Origin: Prorocentrum cordatum
Taxonomy: Eukaryota
DNA: 64,000 bases
Assembly: GCA_963575745.1 (NCBI GenBank)
Contig: CAUYUJ010000025.1
Location: 1-64,000 of the forward strand
Direction of reading: 5' to 3'
A model generated the notes under the pieces. That model was not told where the DNA came from. It did no database searches and saw nothing but the letters and a program-made list of their open reading frames with translations. Both the position numbers and the translations under genes were made by a program. Below, in pieces: positions 25,094-36,730 of the stretch; within the stretch, counting starts at the first letter, position 1; each line of letters begins with the position of its first letter.

Positions 25094-28000
25094 ATGGTGT
25101 TGCTTGCGCCGCCGCTTCGTTTCGGGCCCCAGCCCTTGGCGGGAAAGAGGGTGAAACCCGTGCGCGCTGAGGGGGGGCAGAAACCGACTGCCGCGAGGGC
25201 GACTCGGAGGAAGGCCGAGGCACAGAAGACATCGCATTCGATCATGCCAAGCTACAGGAGGCACACATTTCAAAGTGTTGGGCGCTCCTCGCTGCGAAAG
25301 CTGAGTCCATTGAGGAAGTCGTCGCAGCCTCTGGCGCGGAGGCCACGGTCATGCGCGGCGGTCAAAGCGGCGAAGAGGTCACAAGCTCCGGCTCTGATTT
25401 CCCCGCCGTTGGCACGGAAGGTTCCCAAAAGTGGAAAGGGTTCGCAGACTCTGTCGCGAAAGCGCCCCATTTCGGATGACATGCTCCAGGTGTTTGACGG
25501 GTCCCTTTCCGAGGCGCAGCATCTGGAACGCCATGCGGCTTGCAAGGGTTTCTGCATTCGGTGCGATTTGCAGAAGCGCCCCAAGGTTTACGAGGCGTGT
25601 ACCCTCTACGAGGGCCGTTCTTGGTTGTCGCGAGGCGTTAACCGTGGCATATGGGGCCTCGGGTGCAGGATATGCGCTGAGTTTGCGGCTTCTGGCAACA
25701 AGTGTGACGGCGCCAGGTTTTCAAAGTTTGCCAAGTTCCAGATTCGCCCGAAGACGGGTTTTCACGCCAGGATGCTTTTAGAACGACATAGCACTTCCGA
25801 TTCGCACCGCGTGGCCTGTGGGATAAAAAAGAGAAAGGGTTCCGACATGTTTGCTCAGCCGACTGTACCACAGCCTCTGGCGTGCCCGACCGTTTGGCCA
25901 ACTGAGAAGCCATGCGAGCTTCTGGTGACCGAGTCTGATACTGGCTTGATAAAGGGAAACGCACCGTCCCCATCGGAGTGGAAAGACGCGTTGGCGGTGC
26001 TATCAGAAGGAGTCTCTCACCGGAAGGACGCTCGCATCTGCGATAAGAAAGGGCACGCGCCTGGCTCGGTGGCGAACAGAAGACGGAAACGCCATCGCCG
26101 ACAAGTCCAAGTGATGGCGGAGGTCTTGAGGAAGAATATCCGCAAAGTGCTGCACCAGGCGACTTCCATATCTTTGGCTATCGATGAGTCGAAGTATCGG
26201 AAAATCGTCCGGTTTCGCGCCGACCTTCCTGCTGTACAACATAGCGGTCAGGGCTTCCACTTGGGCAACGTTGGTGCGTCAGGATATTGCCTCTCGGGCG
26301 TGTTAGGCCTTCTCGACTGCTCGAAGAAACACGCGTCCGACTTCGAGGAGGACCACGCTGTCACTGCGGTTAAGCAGCTTGATGCATTTCTGACAAACTT
26401 TTGCACGCCGCTCGGCAGAATTAAGGGCCGCAGGGGGGCGCAGCCCCTGGCGTGCGATGAGGAACTGAAAGCACACGTGCTGCGAACAGTCACCAGTTTC
26501 TCTGCTGATGGCGCGTCCAAGGAGCGGCGTTCAGTCTTCCTCGCTGCTCGCGAACTGTTCCCCAACTTGTTAATCGCGATTCGCGATCCAGCACACGCCA
26601 TACGCATTGCCGTCAAGTCGATGCATTGCGACGACGTGTTTGGGGAGGTCTGGAGGGAGCTGTTCAATGATCGGCATGCGTTGGTTCCTGACCTAATGCA
26701 CTCTAACAAGCTGCACAACCTTCTGGTGGCAATCCAGGAGGACAACGTGCACGCAGTGGCAGTGCCTGGGTTGCCTGGAGGACCCCAGCCCCTGGCGGGA
26801 ATCGTGCGGAATTTGGCGTTCGCCAAGCAACGCTTCGACTCGACGGCGGACCCAGTGTTGAAAATCGCCCTCTTGCTCGTGCCGGTGGCAACTTTGCTAG
26901 CGCACATCGCGTCGGACCGTCGCCACGACCGGGAGCAGCGCCATCGGGCGGGCGCCTTGTTGCGGAAATTCGATACTAAGTTCTGTATGGCCGTTGGTGT
27001 GGCCGCGGACTGGGGGATCATATGCAATTGGTTCTTGCGACTCTTCGACGTCGCCAGCCACGACATTGCAAAGTCGCGTTCCGAGATCGATTGCATGGTC
27101 GAGACGCTGGATGCTGTCTTCATGGAAGGGCGGGTCTTCCAGTCGGCCCTCCAGGTACCTCCCGTCGCAGCCGCAGCCTCTGGCGCGACCGCCCCGGCTT
27201 CCGAGGAGCCGCTACCGCGGCTCCGTGTCCGAGCGGAAGGACACGAGGCTGGCTTCGTCACAGAGACGGTCATGCGCGATCTTCGCCGCAGGTATGTGTT
27301 CTACGCAGACGGAGACCCCGTGATGCCATGGGGGGAACCAGCAGCAGCGCACAAGGAGGAGCTCCTCCACCGATTGCAGAACGTGGCGAGCTTGACAAAA
27401 GAGCGCTTGCTCGCGGACTTCCCGCGGACTGACGTCCGCTCGGCGCTGGCCATGTTTGACCGGCGTCTCGTGCAGAAAGGCTTCGGCCCAGTGCCCGATG
27501 TGGAAGTGCGGCGTTTCCTTCTGCGGGGCGTTCGCCAGCTGGCGGGCCTCCTCGGCTGCGACGAGCAGGCGGCGGTATTGCAGTACAACGGCGTGCTTCC
27601 CTACATGATGCAACAGATGGGGCCATCCCAGCCACTGGCGGGGGCAACTAACCAGCAAGCGTGGGCTCGCATTCTCGACGATGTCTTTTGGGAGGCGGCT
27701 TGCCCGAACCGGCTCCGTGGGGCCTCTCGCATGCTCTGCCGCCTCGTGCGTTTCTACATTTCGATTGAAGACGGGGAGTGCACCGTCGAGCGCGACTTAG
27801 CCCGATATCGGGATCAACGGGTAGAGCACCGCACTGATGATATTGCTTTTCACGACGACTGCTTGATCCTGAAGTTGAACGGGCCGAAGACGGCATCAGA
27901 ATTCGACGAAGGCGCGGCTCGCCCTGGACTAGGCTTGACGTCCTTCTCCAGGGAATGCGCCAGCCTCTGGCGGGAACTGCTCGGCCAACGGCGTGGGCAT

Positions 28001-28885
28001 TACAACCCTCAAGCTACTGCGGCGGCCACGTTAAAAAGGAAGAGCGCGCCCGGGCTGGTTCGCGGACGTTCTCGGGCCGTCCTTGGGGCCGCCCGCCTGG
28101 CCGTGACTGTTGCCCGCATTCGACGGGCGCGGGGCCCGTCGACCGCGGTGCATTCCGGCGCCGGCACTGAGGGGGGCGCTTTGTGGAGCGACGACATGGG
28201 TAAGTTCCAAGCGCGCAGCCGCAACAATATACCAGGCGTCCAGCAGACGCGGGCGCGTCCAGGGGCGCCTTTCGTGAACCCGCCCGGCGTCAACCTGGCC
28301 CCGAGACTAGGTTCGACGACGCAGCCTCTGGCGCGGCCCTCGCCGTACAGCAAGGTAGCAAGCCTCGGCGGTGCGACCGACATGTGCCCTGCGAGAGGTT
28401 GCGCTACTGCCACTGGCAGTCACCGTTGCGCAGAAGCAGACCTCGTCGTCGTTCCAGACTTGGCGTTTCTCCACGACGTGGACGCGCTGGCAGCAAGTGT
28501 GGATCTGGCCGTCTCTTTCTTTTACATCGCCTCGCTTGGCCTGGGCGTCGTTACGCAGACGCTCCTGGTCGCAGCCCAGGGCCACCCAGACAGAATTCCA
28601 CTCGACCATCGCACGCGCCACGTCCCAGCAAACGAGCGCCAGGAGGTTATTCATCTCGGGCCAGGCCTCGTCACGGTGCATCCAGATGCGCGGGCGGCGG
28701 TGCGGCGCGTGGCCCGCAGAGCGGGGTCGAACCTCGCAGTGTCGGAAGCGGCACCCCCAGCCTCTGGCGGGACGCTTTTCTCGACTCTGCGCGACGTCGT
28801 CGCATGGGCGTCTGCAGCGAGGCAGGTGAGGGATTATATAGGGCCCAAAGCAGTGACTGTGGACGGAATTCCAATGCGCGCCTGA
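25094..28885 (+). CDS. hAT-superfamily-like DDE transposase with N-terminal zinc finger (a downstream ATG at 25244 is an alternative start)
   Basis: Intact 1263-aa ORF. Zinc finger: W..GLGCRIC...LERHSTSDSH (TTF-like). Catalytic/core motifs: SLAIDES (D at 26183), FSADGAS (D at 26507), RDPAH (CxxH equivalent), QRFDS (RW equivalent), CTVERDL (E at 27788), in hAT order. Confidence 0.75.
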   Translation: MVLLAPPLRFGPQPLAGKRVKPVRAEGGQKPTAARATRRKAEAQKTSHSIMPSYRRHTFQSVGRSSLRKLSPLRKSSQPLARRPRSCAAVKAAKRSQAPALISPPLARKVPKSGKGSQTLSRKRPISDDMLQVFDGSLSEAQHLERHAACKGFCIRCDLQKRPKVYEACTLYEGRSWLSRGVNRGIWGLGCRICAEFAASGNKCDGARFSKFAKFQIRPKTGFHARMLLERHSTSDSHRVACGIKKRKGSDMFAQPTVPQPLACPTVWPTEKPCELLVTESDTGLIKGNAPSPSEWKDALAVLSEGVSHRKDARICDKKGHAPGSVANRRRKRHRRQVQVMAEVLRKNIRKVLHQATSISLAIDESKYRKIVRFRADLPAVQHSGQGFHLGNVGASGYCLSGVLGLLDCSKKHASDFEEDHAVTAVKQLDAFLTNFCTPLGRIKGRRGAQPLACDEELKAHVLRTVTSFSADGASKERRSVFLAARELFPNLLIAIRDPAHAIRIAVKSMHCDDVFGEVWRELFNDRHALVPDLMHSNKLHNLLVAIQEDNVHAVAVPGLPGGPQPLAGIVRNLAFAKQRFDSTADPVLKIALLLVPVATLLAHIASDRRHDREQRHRAGALLRKFDTKFCMAVGVAADWGIICNWFLRLFDVASHDIAKSRSEIDCMVETLDAVFMEGRVFQSALQVPPVAAAASGATAPASEEPLPRLRVRAEGHEAGFVTETVMRDLRRRYVFYADGDPVMPWGEPAAAHKEELLHRLQNVASLTKERLLADFPRTDVRSALAMFDRRLVQKGFGPVPDVEVRRFLLRGVRQLAGLLGCDEQAAVLQYNGVLPYMMQQMGPSQPLAGATNQQAWARILDDVFWEAACPNRLRGASRMLCRLVRFYISIEDGECTVERDLARYRDQRVEHRTDDIAFHDDCLILKLNGPKTASEFDEGAARPGLGLTSFSRECASLWRELLGQRRGHYNPQATAAATLKRKSAPGLVRGRSRAVLGAARLAVTVARIRRARGPSTAVHSGAGTEGGALWSDDMGKFQARSRNNIPGVQQTRARPGAPFVNPPGVNLAPRLGSTTQPLARPSPYSKVASLGGATDMCPARGCATATGSHRCAEADLVVVPDLAFLHDVDALAASVDLAVSFFYIASLGLGVVTQTLLVAAQGHPDRIPLDHRTRHVPANERQEVIHLGPGLVTVHPDARAAVRRVARRAGSNLAVSEAAPPASGGTLFSTLRDVVAWASAARQVRDYIGPKAVTVDGIPMRA

Positions 28886-28889
28886 GGAT

Positions 28890-30560
28890 CTTACCCGAAC
28901 AAAAAAGGAGACCCCGCCCGCAAGCAGGCAAGATCACCCAGACGTAGGCCGCACCTCGCCAAACAGTGAACCAGACCACCCAGAAGTAGATCAGACACCG
29001 CCCATATTATAATCAGACCGCCCAGAAAGTAGACTTCCCTCCCCCCCCAGAAAAAAGTAAGCCGGAACGCCCGCAAGTAGACCAGACCCCGTCAAAGAGG
29101 TAACCAGACCACCCAAAAGTGAGGCAGGCCACCCAGGTAGCAGGCCAGACCCAGCCACGAAGTAAAGCAGACCCCGCCAAAAAAGTCATCCAGACCGCCC
29201 AAAAGTAGACCACCTCCGACCCAGAGTAGACCAGACCCCGCCCACAAGTAGACCAGACCACCCAAAAGTAGACCAGACCCCGTCCACAAGTAGAGCAGGC
29301 ACCACCCAAAATTATACCAGGCCGCGCAAGCACACCCGAGCCCGGACAACAGTAGACCAGACCCCGTCAAAAAGTACACCAGACCCCGCAAAAGTAGACC
29401 AGGCCCAGCCCGCAAGTAGACCAGACCCGCCCAACAACTAGACCAGACCGCCCCAAAGTAGACCAGACCCCGCCCAAAAGTAGACCAGACCACCCAGAAA
29501 GTAGTCAAGACCCCGTCCAAAATATACCAGACAACCCCAAACTAGACCAGACCCCGCCAACAAGTAATCCAGACCACCTAAAGGTAGACCAGACCGCGAC
29601 CCAGAGCACGCCAGGCCAGCCGCAAGTAGACCAGACCCCAGACAAAAATAGACCAGACCGCGTCAAAAAGTAGACCAGACCCCGCCCAACAGTAGACCAG
29701 ACCCCCCAAAAAAGAAATAACACATATATATATATATATATATCCAGACTGCCCCAAAGTAGACCAGAGCCCGCCAACAGGTCATCCATGCCACCCAAAA
29801 GTAGACCAGACCCCAACCCAGAGTAGACCAGACCAACGGCAACTAGACCAGACCCAAGACAAAAGTAGACCAGACCCCGACCAGAAGTAGATCAGACCCC
29901 GCCCAAAAGTAGATCAGACCACCCACACGGAGACCAGACCCCGTCCAAAAGTAGACCAGACCCGCCCAACAGTAGATCAGACCACCCGCAAGGAGACCAG
30001 ACCCCGCCCAAAAGTAGACCAGACCCGCCCAAAAGTAGATCAGACCACCCGCGAGGAGACCAGACCCCGCCCAAAAGTAGATCAGACCCCGCCCAAAAGT
30101 AGATGAGACCACCCATAAGGAGACCAGACCCCGCCCATAAGTAAACAAGACCCGCCCAACAGTAGACCTGACCAACCACGAGTAAACCAGACCCCGCCCA
30201 AAAGTAGACCAGACCCCGCCCAAAAGTAGATCAGACCACCCACAAGCAGTCCAGGCCCCGCCAAAAGTAGACCAGACCCCGCCCAAAAGAAGATCAGACC
30301 ACCCACAAGGAGACCAGACCCTGCCCACAAGTAGATCAGACCCCGCCCGCAAGTAGATCAGACAACCCATAAGCAGACCAGGCCCCGTCCAACAGTAGAC
30401 CAGACCCGCCCAAAAGTAACCAGATCACCCACAAGGACACCAGACCCCGCCCCAAAGTACATCAGACCCCGTCCAAAAGTAGATCAGACCACCCACAAGG
30501 AGACGAGACCCCGTCCAAACGTAGAGCAGACCACGCCCGAAAGAATGAATAAGACATCCA
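28890..30560 (+). repeat. 21-22 bp minisatellite, AAAAGTAGA(C/T)CAGACCCCGCCC
   Basis: Tandem array starting just after the ORF1 stop. Confidence 0.92.
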
Positions 30561-30651
30561 CCCAGCGCAGCTGATCGGTTCAAGGACCAAGTGCTGGCAA
30601 CGAGGCGCGCGCCCGACTCTTCTTGCGTCTCTTCGTGTGCTCGCGCCGCCC

Positions 30652-33588
30652 ATGGCGCCTCATCAGGAAGCTCTTCCCGCGCCGAAGAGGCCGCGCACGG
30701 CACAGCAGCCTGCAGCGCCGCCTGCACCGGCGCCTGCGGCGCCGTCTGCAGCGGCGCCCTCACCGCCTGCGCCATTGGCCGTCGAGGAGCTGCTCGAGAT
30801 GGATTCGGTGCAGAGCCAGGCGGGGCATCTGATCAATTGGGCCAAGGGGGCCAAGGAGTACGTCGACAATGCCCTCCTGAAGTTCCTGTCTGAGAAGCAA
30901 GCACTGGTGGCCTTCAAAGTGCCCGCCTCCGTCATGCTCATCCCTCCTCTGAAAATTTCTTCCGCAGCCTCTGGCGCGCACCTGACATCGTTTCGGGAGG
31001 TCATGCAGTACGACAACTTGCAGTTGAGCTTCTCTACGACGGGGCAGTACGAGGCTGCAGGGACGGTGTGGATGCTTGACCCGCTCGCCGCCGACACGTC
31101 CGACATCGTCTCTATCAGCCAGCTCGATGCCGCCATGGCGAACTGGACTGAGGAGAGGCTCTTGCTGTCTTCCGACCACCCGCCGTCGCGGCGCTACTCG
31201 TTCGACGTGCCGCTCCCAGCGCGAGTTGTCAACACCAAGGTTGCCCAGCGCATGACCGAGGGCGAATCCACTGTTCTCATGGCAACGGGAGTGCCCATGC
31301 TGGCGGGGCACCCGCTTGTGTTGGCGTGGTATGGCGCCATGGCAGAGGCATTGTCCGCCGGCAACAGTGATCGCACATTCAAGCTGTTTGAGGCAGCTTT
31401 GTCTGTGCCGATCAGGCTGCGTCTCAGCCCCGACCCTGACGCCTGCCTGCTAGCGTCGCTGCTGTTCTCTGAGACCGTATTCTCTACTTCCGCAGCCTCT
31501 GGCGCGGATGCCTTTTGGAAGCTGGCTGAAAAGGTGAGTCGCCTGACAAAGTACCAGAAGGCTGTGGCCGAGAACATATCTCTTCCGAAATTGACCAAAG
31601 TCCTCACGACCTACGGGATCACGTTCAAGGGCAACGCGCTCACCGAGGCACACGCCAAGGCTTTGAAAAGCTTGACGCCTTTCGTCGGGAATCACGCTTG
31701 CGCCGTGGCTTACTCTTTGGCGGAGGCTTTCTGCCCCGAGCTCCGCGAACCCACGCTGTTGATGCGGCTGGCGCAGCTCTGCAAAGCAAGGACGGCGCCC
31801 TCCCAGGCAGACAAGGACGCGGCTGCCTGCGACTCGATGGCGTTCGTCCTGGACTGCTTGCGCGTTGCCCGGCTGACAGGCGACGCCCCCAGGGGGGGGG
31901 GGCTTTCTGTGGGACGGGTCACGGGGCAAGAGAAAAAGACCCCCGCGCTGACGCACGTGCTGTTCAAGAAACATGATGTCATCGAGTACATTATGCACGA
32001 GGCGGCGATGATCGACAAAGACATGGTGCCTACAGTATCCATGTTTCGCTCGCCGCTTGCCATCGTGAAGCACTTCTCAGCCTCTGGCGAGAAAGGCTTA
32101 GCTGCTGCATTTCGGCGAGAGGAGAGCTCCGATAACACAGGGTTGGAAAACATGTTCGCTGTCCCCGTGGCCGAATACCGCGACCAGCAAGGCCGAGAAG
32201 CGAAGACGCAGGCGTTGATCGACTTCGCGTGGGCCGTTTGGGCTGGCCACTTCGACGAGGAGCTCCAGGAGCTGGCCGCCAAAGACCTGCAGGGAGGTGC
32301 AGCCGCCTTCCTGTGGCACCGGTATTTCACCGATAGCACCAAGGAGATGGGCGTCAAGTACCGCGCGCTGACCGCTGCTTGCGCGGCGGGTCCCATTTCG
32401 ACTGGCACTGCCGAGGGCGGGGCCTCTGGCGTGGTCATGGGGGCGTCCGAGCTCGCGGAGGCCGACCAGGAGGACCTCAAGAAAACCAAGGACTTGCTCC
32501 TCTCTCTTCGCAGGAAGTCCGTTTCGTTCGTGGCGCTGCCGTCGGTTGGCGGAGCCACTGGCGCGGAACACAGCACCGCCCAGTTGCAGAAACTCTGGGA
32601 AGAGATGCGTCTCGGACATAGGTACGCCAGGAAAAAGCAAGACGTCCGAGCATTCGTTGTGTCGGCCGACCTGTTCGCCCCAAACGTGAGCAAGAGCGGG
32701 GCGGCGGCGAGCTTGGGCGACCACGTCGCTGTGGATGCGGAGCGTTTCGGGCGGGTGCTTGATTTCGTCTCGCAGAAGCGTTCGGTTCACGATATCGTCA
32801 TTTTCCTCGACGGGCGGAGCCGGTCGTGCCGCAAACTGCTCGAGGACAAAGAGGAGGGTCTCGCAGCCTCTGGCGCGCACGCTGTGACTGAGTGTTGGTG
32901 TGTGTATGTGCAGCCGGGCAAGGCACAGGACCCCAGAGTCCCGGGAAGAGTGACTTGTTTTGCGTGCAACAACAAGGAAGTCGTCATCTGCTCCATCCCG
33001 AAAAGAGGCGCCATGAAGGTAGTGCAGCGCGCGGAGTTCAACTTGTGCGGCGAGACCACGAGTTCGTACACGACGTACACGGGCGTGCCTATGCGGCAGT
33101 ACCGCGAGCTGCCGCGGATGACCCACGACACGAAGGCCTCGATCTTGGGAAACGCAGCCGCTGGCCCGGTGAGAGGGAGGCGCGCGCAGAAAGACATCGA
33201 GGCGAACGGGCACCCCTTCTCGCACTTGGAGGTCAAGCCATTGAGCTTTTGGCAGCGGATTTGCGAGCACCATCACATCACGCACATCGTTGACTTCACG
33301 GCGGGGTCTGGCGCGTTGGCAATCGCAGCCTCTGGCGCGATGGAGTACGAGGGCGTGGCGGTCAACGAGGTGCACCGGGAGTGGCTCGACGCGACCTTGG
33401 ACCGATGCGCACTGTACATGGCGGGGCATGACAAGAATTTCGCCCAGAAGCTCGGCGGCGACGACGGTTTCGCTGAGAAAGTAGAGAAGTACTTCGCGGG
33501 AACGATGATGGAGGTGCGGCGCTTGCTCGAGCCAATCGCGGACGAGGTGGACGGGGATGGGGGGAGCTCGGACTCAGCGGAGGAGTAG
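30652..33588 (+). CDS. Large protein with C-terminal N6/N4 DNA methyltransferase-like (SAM-binding) domain
   Basis: Intact ~978-aa ORF. C-terminal HPF..KP..W..I...IVDFTAGSGALAIAA..YEGVAVNE matches the beta-class amino-MTase pattern HPT.KP...VLDPFxGSG..A..A...GIE. No DPPY motif found. Confidence 0.6.
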   Translation: MAPHQEALPAPKRPRTAQQPAAPPAPAPAAPSAAAPSPPAPLAVEELLEMDSVQSQAGHLINWAKGAKEYVDNALLKFLSEKQALVAFKVPASVMLIPPLKISSAASGAHLTSFREVMQYDNLQLSFSTTGQYEAAGTVWMLDPLAADTSDIVSISQLDAAMANWTEERLLLSSDHPPSRRYSFDVPLPARVVNTKVAQRMTEGESTVLMATGVPMLAGHPLVLAWYGAMAEALSAGNSDRTFKLFEAALSVPIRLRLSPDPDACLLASLLFSETVFSTSAASGADAFWKLAEKVSRLTKYQKAVAENISLPKLTKVLTTYGITFKGNALTEAHAKALKSLTPFVGNHACAVAYSLAEAFCPELREPTLLMRLAQLCKARTAPSQADKDAAACDSMAFVLDCLRVARLTGDAPRGGGLSVGRVTGQEKKTPALTHVLFKKHDVIEYIMHEAAMIDKDMVPTVSMFRSPLAIVKHFSASGEKGLAAAFRREESSDNTGLENMFAVPVAEYRDQQGREAKTQALIDFAWAVWAGHFDEELQELAAKDLQGGAAAFLWHRYFTDSTKEMGVKYRALTAACAAGPISTGTAEGGASGVVMGASELAEADQEDLKKTKDLLLSLRRKSVSFVALPSVGGATGAEHSTAQLQKLWEEMRLGHRYARKKQDVRAFVVSADLFAPNVSKSGAAASLGDHVAVDAERFGRVLDFVSQKRSVHDIVIFLDGRSRSCRKLLEDKEEGLAASGAHAVTECWCVYVQPGKAQDPRVPGRVTCFACNNKEVVICSIPKRGAMKVVQRAEFNLCGETTSSYTTYTGVPMRQYRELPRMTHDTKASILGNAAAGPVRGRRAQKDIEANGHPFSHLEVKPLSFWQRICEHHHITHIVDFTAGSGALAIAASGAMEYEGVAVNEVHREWLDATLDRCALYMAGHDKNFAQKLGGDDGFAEKVEKYFAGTMMEVRRLLEPIADEVDGDGGSSDSAEE

Positions 33589-33899
33589 ATCGCAGGCGCG
33601 CGATCGCGGGTGGGAAAACGACGCAGCCTCTGGCGCGCCACTGACGCGGCCTGGCCCTGACTCAGGTGTCGAAATTTTGCGCGCGTCGCGACTCCAGTGC
33701 GTGAGCAGTTCCGGGGTGACGCCTCTGGCGCGCGAGGAAGCGTGCAAGACCTTCCAGCGCGGCCAAGTTTTGATGGGTAGACCAGTCTCTTGCCCGGAGG
33801 CGCAGCTTCATACGCGCCCTTGGACGCGCGCGGCGCTGTTACGCAACAGAGGAAATGTTCCGACCCCGCACAGACGCAAGCCAATCCATTCAGCGCAGA

Positions 33900-34600
33900 A
33901 GGCCAGGCCGCCCGTCAAACCAGGCCAAACCACCCATAAGTAGACCAGACCCTGTCCACAAGTAGAGCAAAACCCGCCCAAAAGTAGACCATACCACCCA
34001 TAAGTAGACCAGACCCCGCCCAAAAGTAGATCAGACCACGCCCAAAAGTAGATCAGACCACACACAAGGAGACCAGACCCCGCCCAAAAGGAGATCACAC
34101 CCCGCCCAAAAGTAGATCAGACCACCCGCAAAGAGACCGGACCCCGTCCAAAAGTAGACCAGACTCGCCAGACAGTAGACCAGACCACCCTTGAGTAGAC
34201 CAGACCCCGCCTTAAAGTAGGTCAGACCCCGCCCAAAAGTAGATCAGACCACCGACAAGGAGACCCGGCCCCGTCCAAAAGTAAACCAGACCCGCCCAAC
34301 AGTAGACCAGACCACCCTTGAGTAGACCAGACCCCGCCTTAAAGTAGGTCAGACCACGCCCAGAAGTGCATCAGACCACCCACAAGGACGCCAGACCTCG
34401 CCCAAAAGTAGATCAGACCCCGCCCAATAGTAGATCAGACCACCCACAAGGAGACCAGACCCCGTGCGCAAGTAGAGCAGACCCCGCCCAAAAGTAGATC
34501 AGACCACCCACTAGTAGACCAAACCCTGTGCCCCAGTAGAGCAGGCCCGCCCAAAAGTACACCAGACCACACGCAAGTAGAGCAGACTCCGCCCAAAGTG
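33900..34600 (+). repeat. AAAAGTAGACCAGACCCCGCCC array
   Basis: Same unit as 28890-30560. Confidence 0.92.
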
Positions 34601-34604
34601 CGTC

Positions 34605-35110
34605 ACACCCCGTCCAGAAAGAAAAAGGGCCCGCTTCTGGAAACCAGGGAAGACAGCCCGGGCAGTTTCTGGAAACGAAAAAAGAAAACCAGGCCGTTTA
34701 TGAAACCGAGAGAAGAAAACCGGGCCGTTTCTGGAAACGAGGAAAGGAAAAGGGCCGTTTCTGAAACCGAGGGGAGAAAACCGGGCCGTTTCTGGAAACG
34801 AGAAAACAAAACCGGCCCGTTTCTGGAAACGAGGAAAGAAAAAGGGCCGTTTCTGAAACCGAGGGAAGAAAACCGGGCCGTTTCTGGAAACGAGGAAAGA
34901 AAACCGGGCCGTTTCTGGAAACGAGGAAAGAAAAAGGGCCGTTTCTGAAACCGATGGAAGAAAACCGGGCCGTTTCTGGAAACGAAGCAAGAAAACCGGC
35001 CCGTTTCTGAAACCGAGGGAAGAAAACCAGACTGCTTCTGGAAACGAAGGAGGAAAGTAGCCCACTAGGCATGCTTTCATTTTCTCATCTCGGTTCTGAA
35101 ACCGAGGGAA
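34605..35110 (+). repeat. ~30 bp GGGCCGTTTCTGGAAACGAGGAAAGAAAA array
   Basis: Tandem units with an internal CGTTTC-TG-GAAACG palindrome. Confidence 0.9.
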
Positions 35111-35229
35111 GAAAACATGTTCGGATTTGGCATGTTGGCGAGCATGTTGTGGGCCCTATATGACATGTAGTATAGAGCCCACAACATTCTCGCCAACATG
35201 CTAGACCCGAACATATTTTCTTCGCTCGG
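35102..35229. repeat. Long hairpin (~59 bp arms, 10 nt loop) near the centre of a large palindrome
   Basis: 35102-35160 is the reverse complement of 35171-35229, with about 7 mismatches. Confidence 0.9.
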
Positions 35230-35309
35230 TTTTGCAACCGAGCGAAGAAAACATGTTCGGATTTCCGACATGTTTTCTTTCTTTGTGTGGGGGGGGGGGG
35301 GACCACAAG

Positions 35310-35740
35310 TTTTCTTCTGTCGTTTCCAGAAACGGTAGGGTTTTCTTCCCTCGGTTTCAGAAACGGCCCTTTTTCTTTCCTCGTTTCCAGAAACGGCCCG
35401 GTTTTCTTTCCTCGTTTCCAGAAACGGCCCGGTTTTCTTCTCTCGGTTTCAGAAACGGCCCTTTTTCTTTCCTCGTTTCCAGAAACGGGCCGGTTTTGTT
35501 TTCTCGTTTCCAGAAACGGCCCGGTTTTCTTCCCTCGGTTTCAGAAACGGCCCTTTTTCTTTCCTCGTTTCCAGAAACGGGCCGGTTTTGTTTTCTCGTT
35601 TCCAGAAACGGCCCGGTTTTCTCCCCTCGGTTTCAGAAACGGCCTTTTTTCTTTCCTCGTTTCCAGAAACGGCCCGGTTTTCTTTCCTCGTTTCCAGAAA
35701 CGGCCCGGTTTTCCTTCCTCGTTTCCAGAAACGGCCCGGT
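35310..35740 (-). repeat. Inverted copy of the ~30 bp array
   Basis: TTTTCTTTCCTCGTTTCCAGAAACGGCCC units. Confidence 0.9.
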
Positions 35741-35749
35741 TATATTTTA

Positions 35750-36730
35750 TGGTCGGGGTCTGATTTACTTTTGGGAGGGGTCTGGTCAACTTATGTGTGG
35801 TCTGGTCTACTTTTGTGCGGGCCTGCTCTACTTGTGGACAAGGTCTGGTCTACTAGTGCGTGGTCTGATCCGCTTCTTGGGCGGGGTCTGATCTACTTTT
35901 GGGTGGGGCATGATCTCCTTGCGGGTGGTCCGATCTACTTTTGGGCGGGGTCTGATCTAGTTTTGGGCGGGGTCTGGTCTACATGTGGGTGGTATGATAT
36001 GCGTCTGGGCGGGTCTGCCCTATTTGTGGACCAGGTCTGGTCTACGTTTGGGTGGTCTGATCTACTTTTGGGCAGGTCTGGTCTACTTTTAGGCGGGGTC
36101 TGGTCTCCTTGCGGGTGGTCTGATCCACTTTTGGGCGGTGTCTGATCTACTTGCGGGCGGGATCTTGTCTCCATGTGGGTGGTCTGATCTACTTTTGGGC
36201 GAGGTCCCTTCTACTTTTTGGGGGGGTCTGGTCTACGTATGGGTGGTCGGGTCTGCTGTTGGGCGGGTCTGCTCTACTTTAGGGCGGGATCTGGTCTCCT
36301 TGTGGGTGGTCTGATGTACTTTTGGGCGGGGTCTGATCTACTTTTGGGTGGGGTCTGATCTCCTTGCGGGTGGTTTGATCTGCAATTGGGCGGGTCTGCT
36401 CTACTTGTGGACGGGGTCTGGTCTCCTTGTGGGTGGTCTGATGTACTTTTGGGCGGGGTCTGGTCTCCGAGTGGGTGGTCTGATCTACTTTCGGGCGGGG
36501 TCTGATCTACTTTTGGGCGGGGTGTGGTCTATTTGCGGGTGGTCTGCTCTGCTTTTGGGCGGGTGTGCTGTACTTGTGGGCAGGGTCTGGTCTACGTATG
36601 GGTGGTCGGATTTATTTTTGGACGGGGTCTGGCCTACTTTGACGCGGGGTCTGGTCTCCTTGTGGGTTGTCTGATGTACTTTTGGGCGTGGTCTGATCTA
36701 CTTTTTTGGGCGGGGTGTGATCTACTTTAG
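35750..36730 (-). repeat. Inverted AAAAGTAGACCAGACCCCGCCC array
   Basis: GGGCGGGGTCTGATCTACTTTT units. Confidence 0.92.

Noticed and set aside
28890..36730. Regular arrays with palindromic units as a CRISPR array
   Set aside because: Units are contiguous with no unique spacers, no cas genes are present, and the context is eukaryotic.
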